Source: Tubulanus polymorphus (taxonomy: Eukaryota > Animalia > Nemertea). From it: a stretch of 64,000 nucleotides of DNA. Below are positions 36,801-50,119 of the stretch, piece after piece (the first letter of the stretch is position 1; each line of letters starts with the position of its first letter). The position numbers and the translations under genes were made by a program. The stretch covers positions 12,648,001-12,712,000 of the forward strand of contig NC_134025.1 of the NCBI RefSeq assembly GCF_964204645.1, written 5' to 3'. The notes beneath the pieces are model-generated. The model made no database searches, was not told the DNA's origin, and worked only from the letters and a program-made list of their open reading frames with translations.

Positions 36801-39800
36801 TCTCAGGATGCATGCTCTTCAAAAAGGTAGCCTATTAGGAAAAAACTTATCCGGTAAAATCCTAATTTGTCCTAAACGATATTCCAACTATTATTTTGTT
36901 AATTATTCAACTATCATCACTAACTGGGTAAGTTAGTTGAACTTACATAAAGATATATCATTAGGGACACTTCAATTTCACACCATTCAATATCATAAGG
37001 GAACAAAATTCTTTGAAACTTGGTTAATGGTAGTTCTTAAGACTAGGTTTTGTTTCCGGAATTTACTAAATGTACCAATTCTAATAATTCACTCATTGAA
37101 GCTTCTATACATCAGAAGCGAAAGCTCGTGCGTCGAAATAAATAGTTAACCTTTAAATATAAGTCTTTATTGATTCTTTTTTTGTTGGAATATGCATAAC
37201 TTTTTCTGGGCAAATTTCTATATTCTGTCAAGTCATGGACGTTTTAGAGTCCATGGTCAAGGTATTTTGGCTATAACGAATATAACTAACTCCCTGGGGC
37301 AACGATGTGGCTGATGAAATGATCTCTCCCATTGTAATCCCACCATTTAATTACTCATTGTATAACAACTCTCACAATTAAGCCTCGGACTCTTCAACGA
37401 ATTATGAGTGCATGCTTTAGTATAGGCTCTGATATAGAGCATATTGTCTTTATTTAGAACATGTATGCATAAACTCTAGGCTGCAAAGAAATACGTATTC
37501 AGCGGCTCTAATCGAGTTAAATCTTTCGTGATAAATTAACACAGAAAGGCGGCACCCAATCGCTGCTTATTGACATTAGGCACAAGTCACTGTTATGTTC
37601 ATTAGTAAAACTAATATAGAATTACAAGTGAGGAGGGAAAATGTATAAATTGAATTTATAAATGAATTTATAAGAATTTAGCATGCATCGGAGTGCACTT
37701 AAATTGGATTATTACAAAATAACTCACTTCAAAATTTATGATATTGTTTCATTGATATTTATTACTTTAAAGCGATTCACTTTAAGAACTTTGGTCAACA
37801 ATAAGTCTGACCTGCAAATCAAATCATCGGGAGACAAAATACTGTTTCAAAAAATCATATTGCTAATACATTCCTAATCTTAACCTTTCGCCATAAACCT
37901 ACTGGATTTAGGGCCTGGGGTAAAATCTAGGTAAAATCCTCACTTGGCGATTTTTCAAGAACATTTGAAAGCACGATATTTATTCAAACATATTCATCCA
38001 CAATACAACTGCAATATATTTAACTGTGCATTGATCTCTTTTGATGAAATAAATCTTTAAATAAATTCATAGAATAAATGAAATTAATGAACTTTTTATT
38101 CATACTATCTTTTCATATTCTTATTCATACTATATTTTAATTCGAACTAAATAACTCTTTTTAACTTGTGGTATAGTATGCTTATGATATGGATTCGATT
38201 TACGTATCAATATTTTCATGTTGACGGGGGCCTGATGATGGCTAATAGCATTAGCCGAAACATTGCTCGTAGAACATTTGATTTTTAGCTGAATTCATTG
38301 TGGGATTTGTCTCGTTATTCACCATACACGGATATTGTGTATTTTCTTCTCATTTTCATGTTGGTTTTGAACAACTTAAATTTTGCGATTCTAATCCCTT
38401 ATTAACTTTAGATGACAGTAATACCTTCAATTTACATGTAAAATATGATCACTGCTGAAAGTGTAATAAGGAATATATATTTACTCCAGTGACAATATAT
38501 TGATTCAAAGATTTAATTCAATCATCTAGTCCGAGTCTGTATGGTAAAACCTCTGGCTAACCAAGAGCTAACCGAATACCGACAATAGAAGGTGGTCGCT
38601 TAAAAATTAGTTAATTTACGCAACAGGAATCTATCTTGATTTCAAGGGCACTTCAATTAATCGTTTCAATAGTGACCACTGTAAATTAGCCAGTAGTTTC
38701 AACGACCGAATTCAATCAACCGATTCGTATCCTAAGAATGAGAATTGTATCTAACCACAGTAGTAATTCCTCATCAAACGTTCGTTCATCATATTATACA
38801 TCTATACATCATTACTATCATCTTCAGTTAATAGAAGTGCAATAAAATCTTGAATCTATGAGTTGAGTTTTTTTGAACATAATAAATTGTGTTGATTTTA
38901 TGTTAGTTAAATCAAATATTGGGAATATTTTACCGGGGGATTTTTACTTTGGGGATAATAAGCTAAATTATTTTATATCATCGGTTTTCATTAAGAAAAA
39001 AAAACAACTATTAATCTTAACTACACTTATATTCCTTTTGGAACATTAAGATTCTTTCATTGAATTTAATATGTTATTTCGTACATAGTTCATCACAGTG
39101 CGTCATTCACGCTTAAATGTACAAAACTTCTTTACAGAGTTCAAAATATAAACCAACAATCTCATCTCAAGCATGTACTAGCGCTGACGCTATGGGATAA
39201 AACCAAGTCTCGATTCATTGCCTAAAATGTGGGTACATTCATTCAAATCAGGACTAAAATACGCTTATATGAATATCTTGCATGATATCATTTTACATTA
39301 CGGGTGTCTCATAGGCCTGGTTTTACTTGTACATTGTCATCAATTGATTAAACATCCCAAGTAACTTCTTTATTTACTTATGGCTTAATCACTGGTATTC
39401 AATAGCTAGTCGGCTATAGAAAGACTAACCCGATAAAATTCTATTAACCGTTCGTCCAGAGTCGAACACTCGCGCGTTAATTCGCAACGATTTTAAAGAA
39501 AGAAAATGATTGCATGAAATCTACTTTTCGTATCAATCGGCGTCCAATCTCTTAAACCATCCTAAACACAGTAGTGTAGTAGTTTGTGTCTATTTGCATT
39601 TGCTGATGTCATTTAACATAACAATGGAAATGTATTCGTTTATTTGGAAATTATATGAAGATATGGAGTAATCATGTGACAAATCAAATTGTTACTGCAA
39701 GGGAAAACATAGCGCACTTCAGATATATGATATGGCCTTAAAGACTTTTCATATATTAACAGTCCAGTTTAACGTCTATTGATATGAATGGTCCAGTTTT

Positions 39801-41296
39801 GATATGACTGTCGCAACAGTTGGAATAAAACCTATGAAATCTAGGGGCATTTATCTCATGAAATTTAGATTTGAGATAATTGTATTGTATTGTATGAGGA
39901 TTAAACATTTCAATGGCTGGTGATTATTTGTGATGAAGTAATCAGTGAGATGGACTGTGATTGAGGCACTCGGGTCAGATAATATTTTTAGATAAAACAG
40001 TGCATTTGTTAAAGCAGAACACATGATTTTAAACTATATATAAGTAGCTAAACCGTTAATTTTCATTCCTAACTTTTCATCACTCCCGATTATCAAAAAT
40101 AATTCAACAGTTTGATTAACGGATAGTTGCAGTTAACAACATTTCTATCTGATAGAGAAGGTATACAGGTATACAGAGGAACAAGAAAAGAACATCCAAC
40201 TAGACACTGAAAAATCTTTATTCGGGTTTTTTACCTGGGGCCTTTACCTTGGGGTATATTTAACAAGGGGATTTTTACTGAAAGGGACCTTTACGGGGCG
40301 AGTTTTTACCCGATCACATCGATTATTGAATGACATGTTCGATAAAATCATGACAAAAACTGGTATCACTGGACGTACAATTTGCTAATTTTCGCTGTTC
40401 GGGTGGTTCTGTAGACTATTGGCTATACCGTTGGTAACTGACTAGCTATTTGTATCACTGATCGGACTGTGAAAATATAGCTTTGACAAAACCACAACGA
40501 GAAATGAATCAAATGCAATATTTTACTCGAAAACGAGCTTAACCACGGAATCAGTAACGTTTTTTTTACAGTGCATGGCTGAAATGACGCTATTGAAAAA
40601 ATCAATGAGAAATACTGCCTCCGATTTTTATGACGAAAATATAGGAATGAATTCTGAACAGAATCAAATCAGGTTGTTCTTATTGGTATTGTGTATACAT
40701 TTCATTTATTAGATATTTCACGTAATTCGTGTAATTAGGAAAAACTCGATCCAATAATTGGTTTTTCTTTCGGTTTTACGTAATTTACAACTTACCAAAT
40801 ATGGACTACATGGTTTGACATTAAAACCAGCGAGCATTATGGTATCAAGTTCAATCAAAATTGATAACGATCGGCCTTTCGTAGAATCTCCCTGAAGGTC
40901 ACAATTTTAGTAAATTGACCTTGGGAGGTTTAAACCTCCCGAATCCAATTAGCAAAATATCGGTCCTCTATGTCGGCGACAATAAAAGTACCCTGCGCGT
41001 AACTTTCTATTGTGCGCCTGCCGCGTTTTGGGCACGAGTAGCTTACGTAATCTTAATTGAAAGTTGAGATCACAGGCAGATATTGAGGTCTATGGCCCAC
41101 ACATAACATCATAAATTGGTCAGGAAATAAAGTGTTTTGAGGTATAGATGACACGTTTGTACGATTTTACACTGTAAATTTATCATTTTTCAGGACTTAA
41201 GGACCAAAAATCGGCAATATTTTTGATACAAACTGAGAAAGTATCAAAACATTTGAGAACGCGTTGATTCCGTCTTTCCGCGATATGACAACACCG
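33827..41296. mobile_element. MULE-like MITE (~130-bp TIRs, 9-bp TSD) with an insertion in its right TIR
   Basis: Left TIR CGGTGTTGTCATATCGCGGAAAGACGGAATCGCGG...; right TIR split into ~34829-34930 and 41266-41296; flanks AATAAGTAA / AATAACTAA. Confidence 0.85.
34931..41265. mobile_element. 6.3-kb non-autonomous DNA transposon with ~400-bp TIRs and 4-bp TSD GATT
   Basis: 34931-~35337 is the imperfect reverse complement of ~40857-41265; GATT is duplicated on both sides but single in the intact host TIR; no coding ORF recognised inside. Confidence 0.85.
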
Positions 41297-41894
41297 AATA
41301 ACTAATTTCTCGCCGCAAGGGATGATCCTCATGCAGTGCTGCCAACCTTATCATTTTCAAATTCAGGACGCCTTTAACTTTTTTTCATATTTTCAGTGGT
41401 TCAAGGAGTAACATTAAAATATCACTTTTACGTGATCAAATAGAATTAAGAACAAGTAAAACTTAAGTAGGAAAACTTTTTTATTCCGCAATAACAATCA
41501 GTTTTGATGGAATATGCTGTATGCGCAACATTTTTTAATGAAAAACTTTTAAGAAAATACAACTATAAACTGCCAACAACTATCTACTTCAGTCGAGACC
41601 TCTGAATGTATTGCATCTTATTGCAGACTAACCCTATCAAATACTGTTAGTGTTTATATTCTAAAAGAAAATAAAGCTATTTATGCCAACACATATTTCC
41701 TTCAAATGAGATCTTTGTTTATTGCATCTATTGCTGGTTAACCCTTTTAAATACTGTTTATATTCTAAGAGAAAATAAAACTATGAACTGCCAACAACTA
41801 TCTACTTCAGTTGAGATCTTTGTTTATTGCATCTTATTGCAGACTAAATCTATCAAATACTCTTTATATTCTTAAACCTCTTCTTCACTACTGT

Positions 41895-41940
41895 ACATGC
41901 AGACGGACGGATGAACAGTGAACACAAGTGGGCTAACAAA
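41895..41940 (-). mobile_element. 5' fragment of the HINE family
   Basis: Reverse complement reads TTTGTTAGCCCACTTGTGTTCACTGTTCATCCGTCCGTCTG. Confidence 0.5.
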
Positions 41941-41953
41941 ACATATGAGAAAA

Positions 41954-44930
41954 TTAAGTTGAAAGAGCGTGATGAGTAGCAGATTTTGCTTTTCTCAATA
42001 GTCCCATTGATGGCTCGAACTGGTGACAACATCCTGGTTGCGATTTCATAACCATTAACGATTCCAAGGTTCTTTCACCAAGTGAAGCGCGAAAGTCCGT
42101 TTTATTCCTTTTCACAAAACTAAATATTCTTTCACATGAAGAGTTGCTCACGGGTATAAGAAGGACGCTACACATGGTCCTAGGGAGAACTTTAAATCTG
42201 TAAATCAATAATAAGGTCACGGAAATTAGCATACTTATTTAATTCAAAATATAGTATCATGATTTTATCCTCAATAAATCAATCAGCCTGAAAGCATAAA
42301 ATTAATGGTAATGTATGGATTCTTAAACTTATTAAACAGGTAAACTATCATGAAATTATCATCACTTCATGTCCCAGTTTCTCTTAATAAAATCAAAATT
42401 ATTTCTTACCTTACATTTCCATTGGTATCCTTCATTTGAGATATAAGCCTCCACTGGTCTTCAGCACTTCTATCCTCAGGGGGCTCACTCTGCTTCTTAA
42501 ACAAATCCTTCGGCAATTCATCTTCCAAAACTGTTTGAAATTCAAGGAATTCCATTTCTAGGTTATCTCTTGTTGGCAAATCACCGAGAATCACTGGAAA
42601 TCGATCGAGAAAGTATACCAGCGAGCCATATTGTGCCTTTGACCTCAACTTAATATCTGCCACCTAAAATTCAAAGGGTTAAAAATTGGCTAAAATTGCA
42701 TACAGTCAAACCTATTTTTTTGGGGATTTCAGGTCAATTCACTATATTCCTACCTCTGCATGTTTCCACAGTGGCTGCTTTGTCGGATTAAGGAGGCTGC
42801 TCACCATGTAATTACAAACTGCTTGATAAAAGCCAACGACCCGCTTGAAGAACTCTTTTTCTGTATCATATTTTACTTGGCGTAGAGCTTTACGGGCACC
42901 ATCACCAATTGATATGTCTTTTTTATCCTTAATGTTATATCTTGACATGTAGTCAACATTGAATGAGGAGTAGTTTCCAGCAGCAGTGAATGCTGATACT
43001 TTAACAAAGCACACAAGTAGCTTCTTCATCAAACTCTCCATTGTTCGGTAGACTTTGTGGATCTGAGATGCCTCTGATTGCAAGATACCATTGATGTTCT
43101 CCAATATCTTAAATAAACATATAAATGAATGAAAACAGTAAACGACGCATGGGATGAAATATCAGTAAATCTAAAATCTAAAAAGTAAAGCTAAGAAAAT
43201 GAGGTTTCTTATATTCAGCACTTTTGTTAACTGCAATACAATCTTACCATTATTGTTTTCATCAAGAATGCTGTATACAATTTGGCTGTTCTGCGTTGGA
43301 GAAAGTTGTGAATCTTTACTTTAATTGTGGCAGCGGACACTGGAGCATCGTCATCATCTTCCAGGAGTTCGGCATTCTCATCATCATCATCATCATCATC
43401 TTTTCCTGATTCTTCAGCAAAGAACATCTTAAGGGCATCCCACTGTTCAATTAACCTTAATAATAACGACAATAAGAATAGTAATGTGAATAAATAATAC
43501 ATAATTTCGACAGTGTGTTACATAAAATATCTCAACAGACTACAGTTTACCGATACGTAGCGATAAACTGTAAAACAGTGGACAAATATGAGACAATAGT
43601 ATAATAAATAAAGGCCTAAAACAGGCTGATATGTAAAATACACCTTTCCAATGCAGAGCCCATAGACAGCCAGCGAGTTTTAACATGCCTCAGAATCTCG
43701 TGTGTTGGCACACCGCAAGCTTCCTGACACCTCCTAAGATGGTCACCACGTTTACTCGATTTATTGATATACCAATGCATCTGTCTCAAAATCTCGTCGA
43801 AATCAAACAGGTCCTGGGAGATAAAAAACAAATGAGGAATTAATAAACATCTAAAAAATCAGTAGGCATTTAGTTAATGAGAAATTGATTTTAGTTGCCA
43901 TGGCAAATTCCTACATCAAACCAATTTAGAATATTCAAATATTACGTATTTGCTTTTTAGATCAAGTTTATTCAAATTGCAATAATTTCTAAAATCTTTT
44001 TATAAGATTTTCATTTAGACTTGCCTTTAAAGTTTTGACACCCCTCTTTGCAGCTAGATGTAGCAAATGGTTAACACAACCAGCTAGATGTATCTGTGGC
44101 TGTTGGTCTTTGACAAATTTTATCACTCCCTTGTGGCGACCAGTCATAACGTTGCAATTATCGCATACGAGTGACAAAAGATTTTTCCACTCGATATCAT
44201 GTTTCGACAGTTCTCCTTTTATCACGTTATATATCGCTTCACCGTCATGAGAACAATTCCAAACCGGATTAGCTAGGAGTCTTGTGCAAGTTTCTAACGA
44301 ACGATCGATGTAACGTACGACAATTGGATAATACGTTTCATTCTTTAAGGTCGATCCATCGACTCCCAAAACAAATGGACCATTTTTCAAGGCATCGACA
44401 GCATTCGAGATTGTATCATCGGCAAGTACGTTAACGATGTGTGTTGTTTTAGTCCTTCCACAAGCATAATTAACCGCATTTTGGTGACCAGGGAACATCT
44501 CGCGAAATAGAGGCCCAGCATGGTCAGCAGCAGCTAACGGGAAATTATGTTTTACAAGAAACATGGTAAATAGGACTTCCGCTTTAGTCGTGCCACCAAC
44601 ACTTTGAGGTTTTTTGAAAAATGACGAAATATGTTTATTATTACTTGTCTCTACGTGTTTTGTAGAATTACAGTGTTTCTTCACATCGCAAATCCCTCCG
44701 TGGCCGACACTAAACTCACAGCTGCACACAGTGCATAAAGCGTAGTTGATTCCTTTTTTACTGCTAGTAACACAAGGGAAGGCTGACGAATATGATTGTT
44801 TAAACCGTTGCATTCTTTTTTTCTTACTTGGTGGTCCTGAGTCATCCTCTTCGACCTCCTCAGGCTCAGACAAGTCACTTACAGAGATGCATATGGAGTT
44901 CCCATGTTCCCCGTAGTATGTTCCTCTCAC
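41954..44930 (-). CDS. Spliced hAT transposase (BED-like finger, DDE core, dimerisation domain)
   Basis: ALCTVCSCEFSVGHGG..DVKKH...KH, KAEVLF..FLVKHN, CGRTKTT, DGST, CDNCNVMTG, GCVNHLLHL, RHVKTRWLS, IPVSNSSCERIFS; about six GT-AG exons. Intactness not verified. Confidence 0.85.
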
Positions 44931-45090
44931 GACGCATGTTCCCCACAGAAGCCTCGACTGATTAAGCTGGCTTCGTGCACTGTGGACTGCGCCGCGGACC
45001 CAAAATTACAATCTATGACGGACGGCAGTTCTAGAGTGCGTTAATAGAATGATATGGCAAAGCGAGAATTTAAAAGAGTTCAAACCGATT

Positions 45091-47188
45091 TGGAACATAA
45101 CAACGCTTGGTCTCTCTGGGGAACATACAACAATGATTGGTCTCTCTGGGGAACATACAACAATGATTGGTCTCTCTGGGAACATACAACAATGCAAGTC
45201 TCTCTGGGGAACATACAGCAATGCAAGTCTCTCTGGGGAACATACAGCAATGATTGGTCTCTCTGGGGAACATACAACAATGATTGGTCTCTCTGGGGAA
45301 CATACAACAATGATTGATCTCTCTGGGGAACATACAACAATGATTGGTCTCTCTGGGGAACATACAACAATGATTGGTCTCTCAGGGGAACATACAACAA
45401 TGATTGGTCTCTCTGGGGAACATACAACAATGATTGGTCTCTCTGGGGAACATACAACAATGATTGGTCTCTCAGGGGAACATACAACAATGATTGGTCT
45501 CTCAGGGGAACATACAACAATGATTGGTCTCTCTGGGGCACATACAACAATGATTGGTCTCTCTGGGGAACATACAACAATGATTGGTCTCTCTGGGGAA
45601 CATACAACAATGATTGGTCTCTCTGGGGAACATACAACAATGCAAGTCTCTCTGGGGAACATACAACAATGATTGGTCTCTCTGGGGAACATACAACAAT
45701 GATTGGTCTCTCAGGGGAACATACAACAATGATTGGTCTCTCTGGGGAACATACAACAATGATTGGTCTCTCTGGGGAACATACAACAATGCAAGTCTCT
45801 CTGGGGAACATACAGCAATGATTGGTCTCTCTGGGGAACATACAACAATGATTGATCTCTCAGGGGAACATACAACAATGATTGGTCTCTCTGGGGAACA
45901 TACAACAATGCAAGTCTCTCTGGGGAACATACAACAATGATTGGTCTCTCTGGGGAACATACAACAATGATTGGTCTCTCTGGGGAACACACAACAATGA
46001 TTGGTCTCTCAGGGGAACATACAACAATGATTGGTCTCTCAGGGGAACATACAACAATGATTGGTCTCTCTGGGGCACATACAACAATGATTGGTCTCTC
46101 TGGGGAACATACAACAATGATTGGTCTCTCTGGGGAACATACAACAATGATTGGTCTCTCTGGGGAACATACAACAATGCAAGTCTCTCTGGGGAACATA
46201 CAACAATGATTGGTCTCTCTGGGGAACATACAACAATGATTGGTCTCTCAGGGGAACATACAACAATGATTGGTCTCTCTGGGGAACATACAACAATGAT
46301 TGGTCTCTCTGGGGAACATACAACAATGCAAGTCTCTCTGGGGAACATACAGCAATGATTGGTCTCTCTGGGGAACATACAACAATGATTGATCTCTCAG
46401 GGGAACATACAACAATGATTGGTCTCTCTGGGGAACATACAACAATGATTGGTCTTTCTGGGGAACATACAACAATGATTGGTCTCTCTGGGGAACATAC
46501 AACAATGATTGGTCTCTCAGGGGAACATACAACAATGATTGGTCTCTCTGGGGAACATACAACAATGATTGGTCTCTCAGGGGAACATACAACAATGATT
46601 GATCTCTCAGGGGAACATACAACAATGATTGGTCTCTCTGGGGAACATACAACAATGCAAGTCTCTCTGGGGAACATACAACAATGATTGGTCTCTCTGG
46701 GGAACATACAACAATGATTGGTCTCTCTGGGGAACATACGACAATGATTGGTCTCTCTGGGGAACATACAACAATGCAAGTCTCTCTGGGGAACATACAA
46801 CAATGATTGGTCTCTCTGGGGAACATACAACAATGCAAGTCTCTCTGGGGAACATACAACAATGATTGGTCTCTCTGGGGAACATACAACAATGATTGGT
46901 CTCTCTGGGGAACATACAACAATGATTGGTCTCTCTGGGGAACATACGACAATGCAAGTCTCTCTGGGGAACATACAACAATGCAAGTCTCTCTGGGGAA
47001 CATACAACAATGATTGGTCTCTCTGGGGAACATACAACAGTGATTGGTCTCTCTGGGGAACATACAACAATGATTGGTCTCTCTGGGGAACATACGACAA
47101 TGCAAGTCTCTCTGGGGAACATACAACAATGCAAGTCTCTCTGGGGAACATACAACAGTGATTGGTCTCTCTGGGGAACATACAACAA
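45091..47188. repeat. 29/30-bp satellite, about 70 monomers
   Basis: 30-mer GGGGAACATACAACAATGATTGGTCTCTCT interspersed with 29-mer GGGGAACATACAACAATGCAAGTCTCTCT. Confidence 0.98.
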
Positions 47189-47754
47189 AGCTGAGGAATT
47201 ACTACGAAACGGAGTCAAGCCTTAGCTTAACCAATTTATTAACCAAGTCGTACACAATTGTAGAGATCGGGATCGTTGTTATTGTAGGACATCAGAAAAG
47301 CGAATTTATCAGTGTGAGACAGAGTCCTGCCTGAAATCGGTAAAAGTATCCAAATATGTGTAAATATCAGACCTGGCACTGTTAGAATATGTACAGTTGA
47401 TCAACCGGTTTGTGGCATCGTCCAGTTTCAATACGAACATGGTGGAACCCAAGGCGTAATTTGGAGAATTCGCGGTGATTTGTGAAGTTGTTAGCAACTA
47501 CATAATTTGCTATAATAAAGCGTGATTGAAATAGTTTGTAGGATCCGGGATGGGTTTTTGTTTGAGCCTTTAATTTGGGGAATCTGTACATAGGCCTGGT
47601 CATAATGATATGCAGATGATAATGTACAAAGGCATGATCGAAAAGCCACCACATAAAATATAACAGACAAGAATCTATTATCCAATAATAAATGATTTAT
47701 TCATTTTCTTTAGAAAATACATGTGAGTAGTCAAAAAATAATTTCATACATGAA

Positions 47755-48478
47755 TATACGGAAATAATCCCACCGGAAGAAATGGCACCGGTGAAATTAG
47801 CACCGAATTTTGCAACGTAGGAAAACAATGCTACCTGTAAAAATGCCACTGTTTGCACAGTGGGAAAAAGTTCCACCATAAAAAAACTGCAATAATTATG
47901 AACCATCTTATCAATGATCTCGTTCGGCCTCTAACTTACGTATATTCAGTTTATATTCACTTTAGCACCCCCTCTCTAGTTTGCTCTTCTTACTCTTCTC
48001 TAATCTGTTAGGCTTGTAACCATGTTTAGATTGTTTCATGTTTCTTCTATTATTAATCGAAGAAACATGAAACAACCTAAAAATGGTAAATCATCCGTGT
48101 ATATAAATGATTCTACATGTATTCTTACTTTCAATAAAATTCATAATCAGTTGTTAATCGATTGTACAGTCAACCCTCCCATATACAGCCACCCCGCCGT
48201 TTACCGCCAGGTATTCCCAATGTACATCTCAATACAAATACATAACAATAAATGATAATACAATGCCCCCTCCCCCGATATACCACCATACTCTCTATAC
48301 CGATAAAATGTGGGCGGTATATCGGGGGCATTTTATTATCATCCTTTGCTGCTCAACTGTTGAAAAAAAAACATTGGTGTGGCACTTTTCCCTACTGTCA
48401 TTGTCACTGACAGCAATTTTACCGGTGGCATTTCTTCGATCCGGTGGCATTTTTTTCTGGTGTTATTTTTTCCTACAA
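47755..48478. mobile_element. Degenerate TIR element (MULE-like repeated subterminal motifs)
   Basis: CACCGG-AAAT motif series at 47765-47880 mirrored by ATTT-CCGGTG series at 48375-48475. Confidence 0.4.
48167..48335. mobile_element. CAGTCAAC-type MITE, partial copy
   Basis: Similar to 54547-54733 (ACATCTCAATACAAATACATA, ATACCGCC repeats). Confidence 0.55.
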
Positions 48479-49640
48479 TCATCATCAATATACGTACCGT
48501 ATGAAAATAGCATGGACAATGGGCTACTCATAGGGGAACTAGTATTTGCAATGATAAAATATTTCGATCATTGATTAGTGCGACAAGTGAATTAAATGCA
48601 GAGAATTAATAATTAATCATTTTGTAGTGAAAACCATCAATTGAAACATTGAGAACAGTGAACGATTATGGATTTTACTTAGTAATGACATTTAAGCAAA
48701 TCACGAAACATAGACACCTTTCTTAATTGACCACCAACAGAATGAATTTGCACACAATACCAAGATTGAAGATTAGCTTTATTGGCTTTGAAGAATTATA
48801 TACTTATATGTGTGTATGGTGTGTATATAGAAGTAAACTTTAATTTACCCTCTAAACAATGGAAACAAAGTTTACTTCTTTATACTGCAATATTAGCATA
48901 TTGTTATAGTGCTGAGATATTAAGTGGAAATACTTTAAGCATATTTGACTAAGATACAAGAAACTATACTCATTGAAAGATCAGGTCCAGATAAAGAACA
49001 TAAGACCAGGTAGACAGAAAAGCAAAGCTGTACACAAAGGGTGATGAATAATGGAGAGACATCATACAAACCTTGAAAGACACCTGACGTTATAACAAAT
49101 ATAGAATTAATTCCCAATCACAGTTTACCTAAATAAAGGCCACCACCACAGTAGCATCACCAGCAAACCATACTGTGCTATTATATTAAGAATTTTTAAG
49201 TCCAAAATTTATTTGTTATAACAATCAACACAAAACATGAAAAATTAAAGTAATTATTACAGTGTACTTTCCCTGACATATGGACAATATGAATGTACTT
49301 ACAATGCAGGGGTTCCAGTGATCTGGTCCATAAAAAAAATAGGAAGAGTGTCCAGAAATAGGAAAATTTCATAGAATATATAGGATATCCATCAGAAAAT
49401 AGGACTTTAATATATTAAGAGAGGATACAACCTGCAGCATCATATTCACAGATGTCTTTGAATGAACTTCAGTAATCTGAAACTAGAAAATAAAGTTTAT
49501 TTATTACATTTTTTCATTTCTTTTTTTCGAAAAAACATTTTACAATAAACTGAATGACAGCAGCAACTCATAATAAATTGCAGTGAGGTACCCGGTAGAT
49601 ACAAAAGGTATCAGAGTATTACTATTTAAAATCTTAACTA

Positions 49641-49844
49641 CAGTGGAACCTCGTTATAACGAACCCTGATATAACGATTTATCAGTTAACTATATATTTT
49701 GTCCCGATTGGTGGATTTATTACAATTATCACCTGATATAACGAACTATCGGTTAAATAGCGAACATAGATTTCAGTCCCATCTACGAGCAATCATATGA
49801 TTGCTCGTAGGTCCCATGGAGTTCGTTATATCGAGGTTACACTG
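49641..49844. mobile_element. Tc1/mariner/pogo-type MITE with TA TSD
   Basis: TA|CAGTGGAACCTCGTTATAACGAAC ... GTTCGTTATATCGAGGTTACACTG|TA. Confidence 0.85.
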
Positions 49845-50119
49845 TATAAACTTACAAACATAATGCTAAACTTTTCATGAACTTATAAACATTATATAAA
49901 CATTATTAACTCGCAACACTACAAACTATATCATAACAAACTAAACACTGATGGTGCATTATGTTTTTTCAAAACTGTTTTAAAACACCATGAAACTGGT
50001 AAATAGTACAAAATGATTAATTTCACTTAACTATAAGACAAAATTACACTTTAATAAAAGAACAATGACCAAGGGCTTATACAGTACAACGATGAATGTG
50101 TCTACACACCGTTCATATC

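Larger units (their letters stand above)
41334..44990 (-). mobile_element. hAT transposon (hAT5-like transposase), 5' end not found
   Basis: Terminus CAGTGCTGCCAACC at 41334; ~115-bp triplicated repeat at 41560-41870; spliced transposase. Confidence 0.7.

Noticed and set aside
35400-40800. Short ORFs inside the long-TIR element
   Set aside because: All are under 90 aa with AT-rich composition and no recognisable motifs or consistent exon chain.
45006-47334. Many long repetitive ORFs (e.g. 380 aa) and a CRISPR-like look
   Set aside because: These are translations of a 29/30-bp satellite; the monomers abut with no unique spacers, and there are no cas genes.
44930-47800. Second TIR of the hAT starting at 41334
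   Set aside because: No GGTTGGCAGCACTG-like sequence was found, so no TSD can be assigned.
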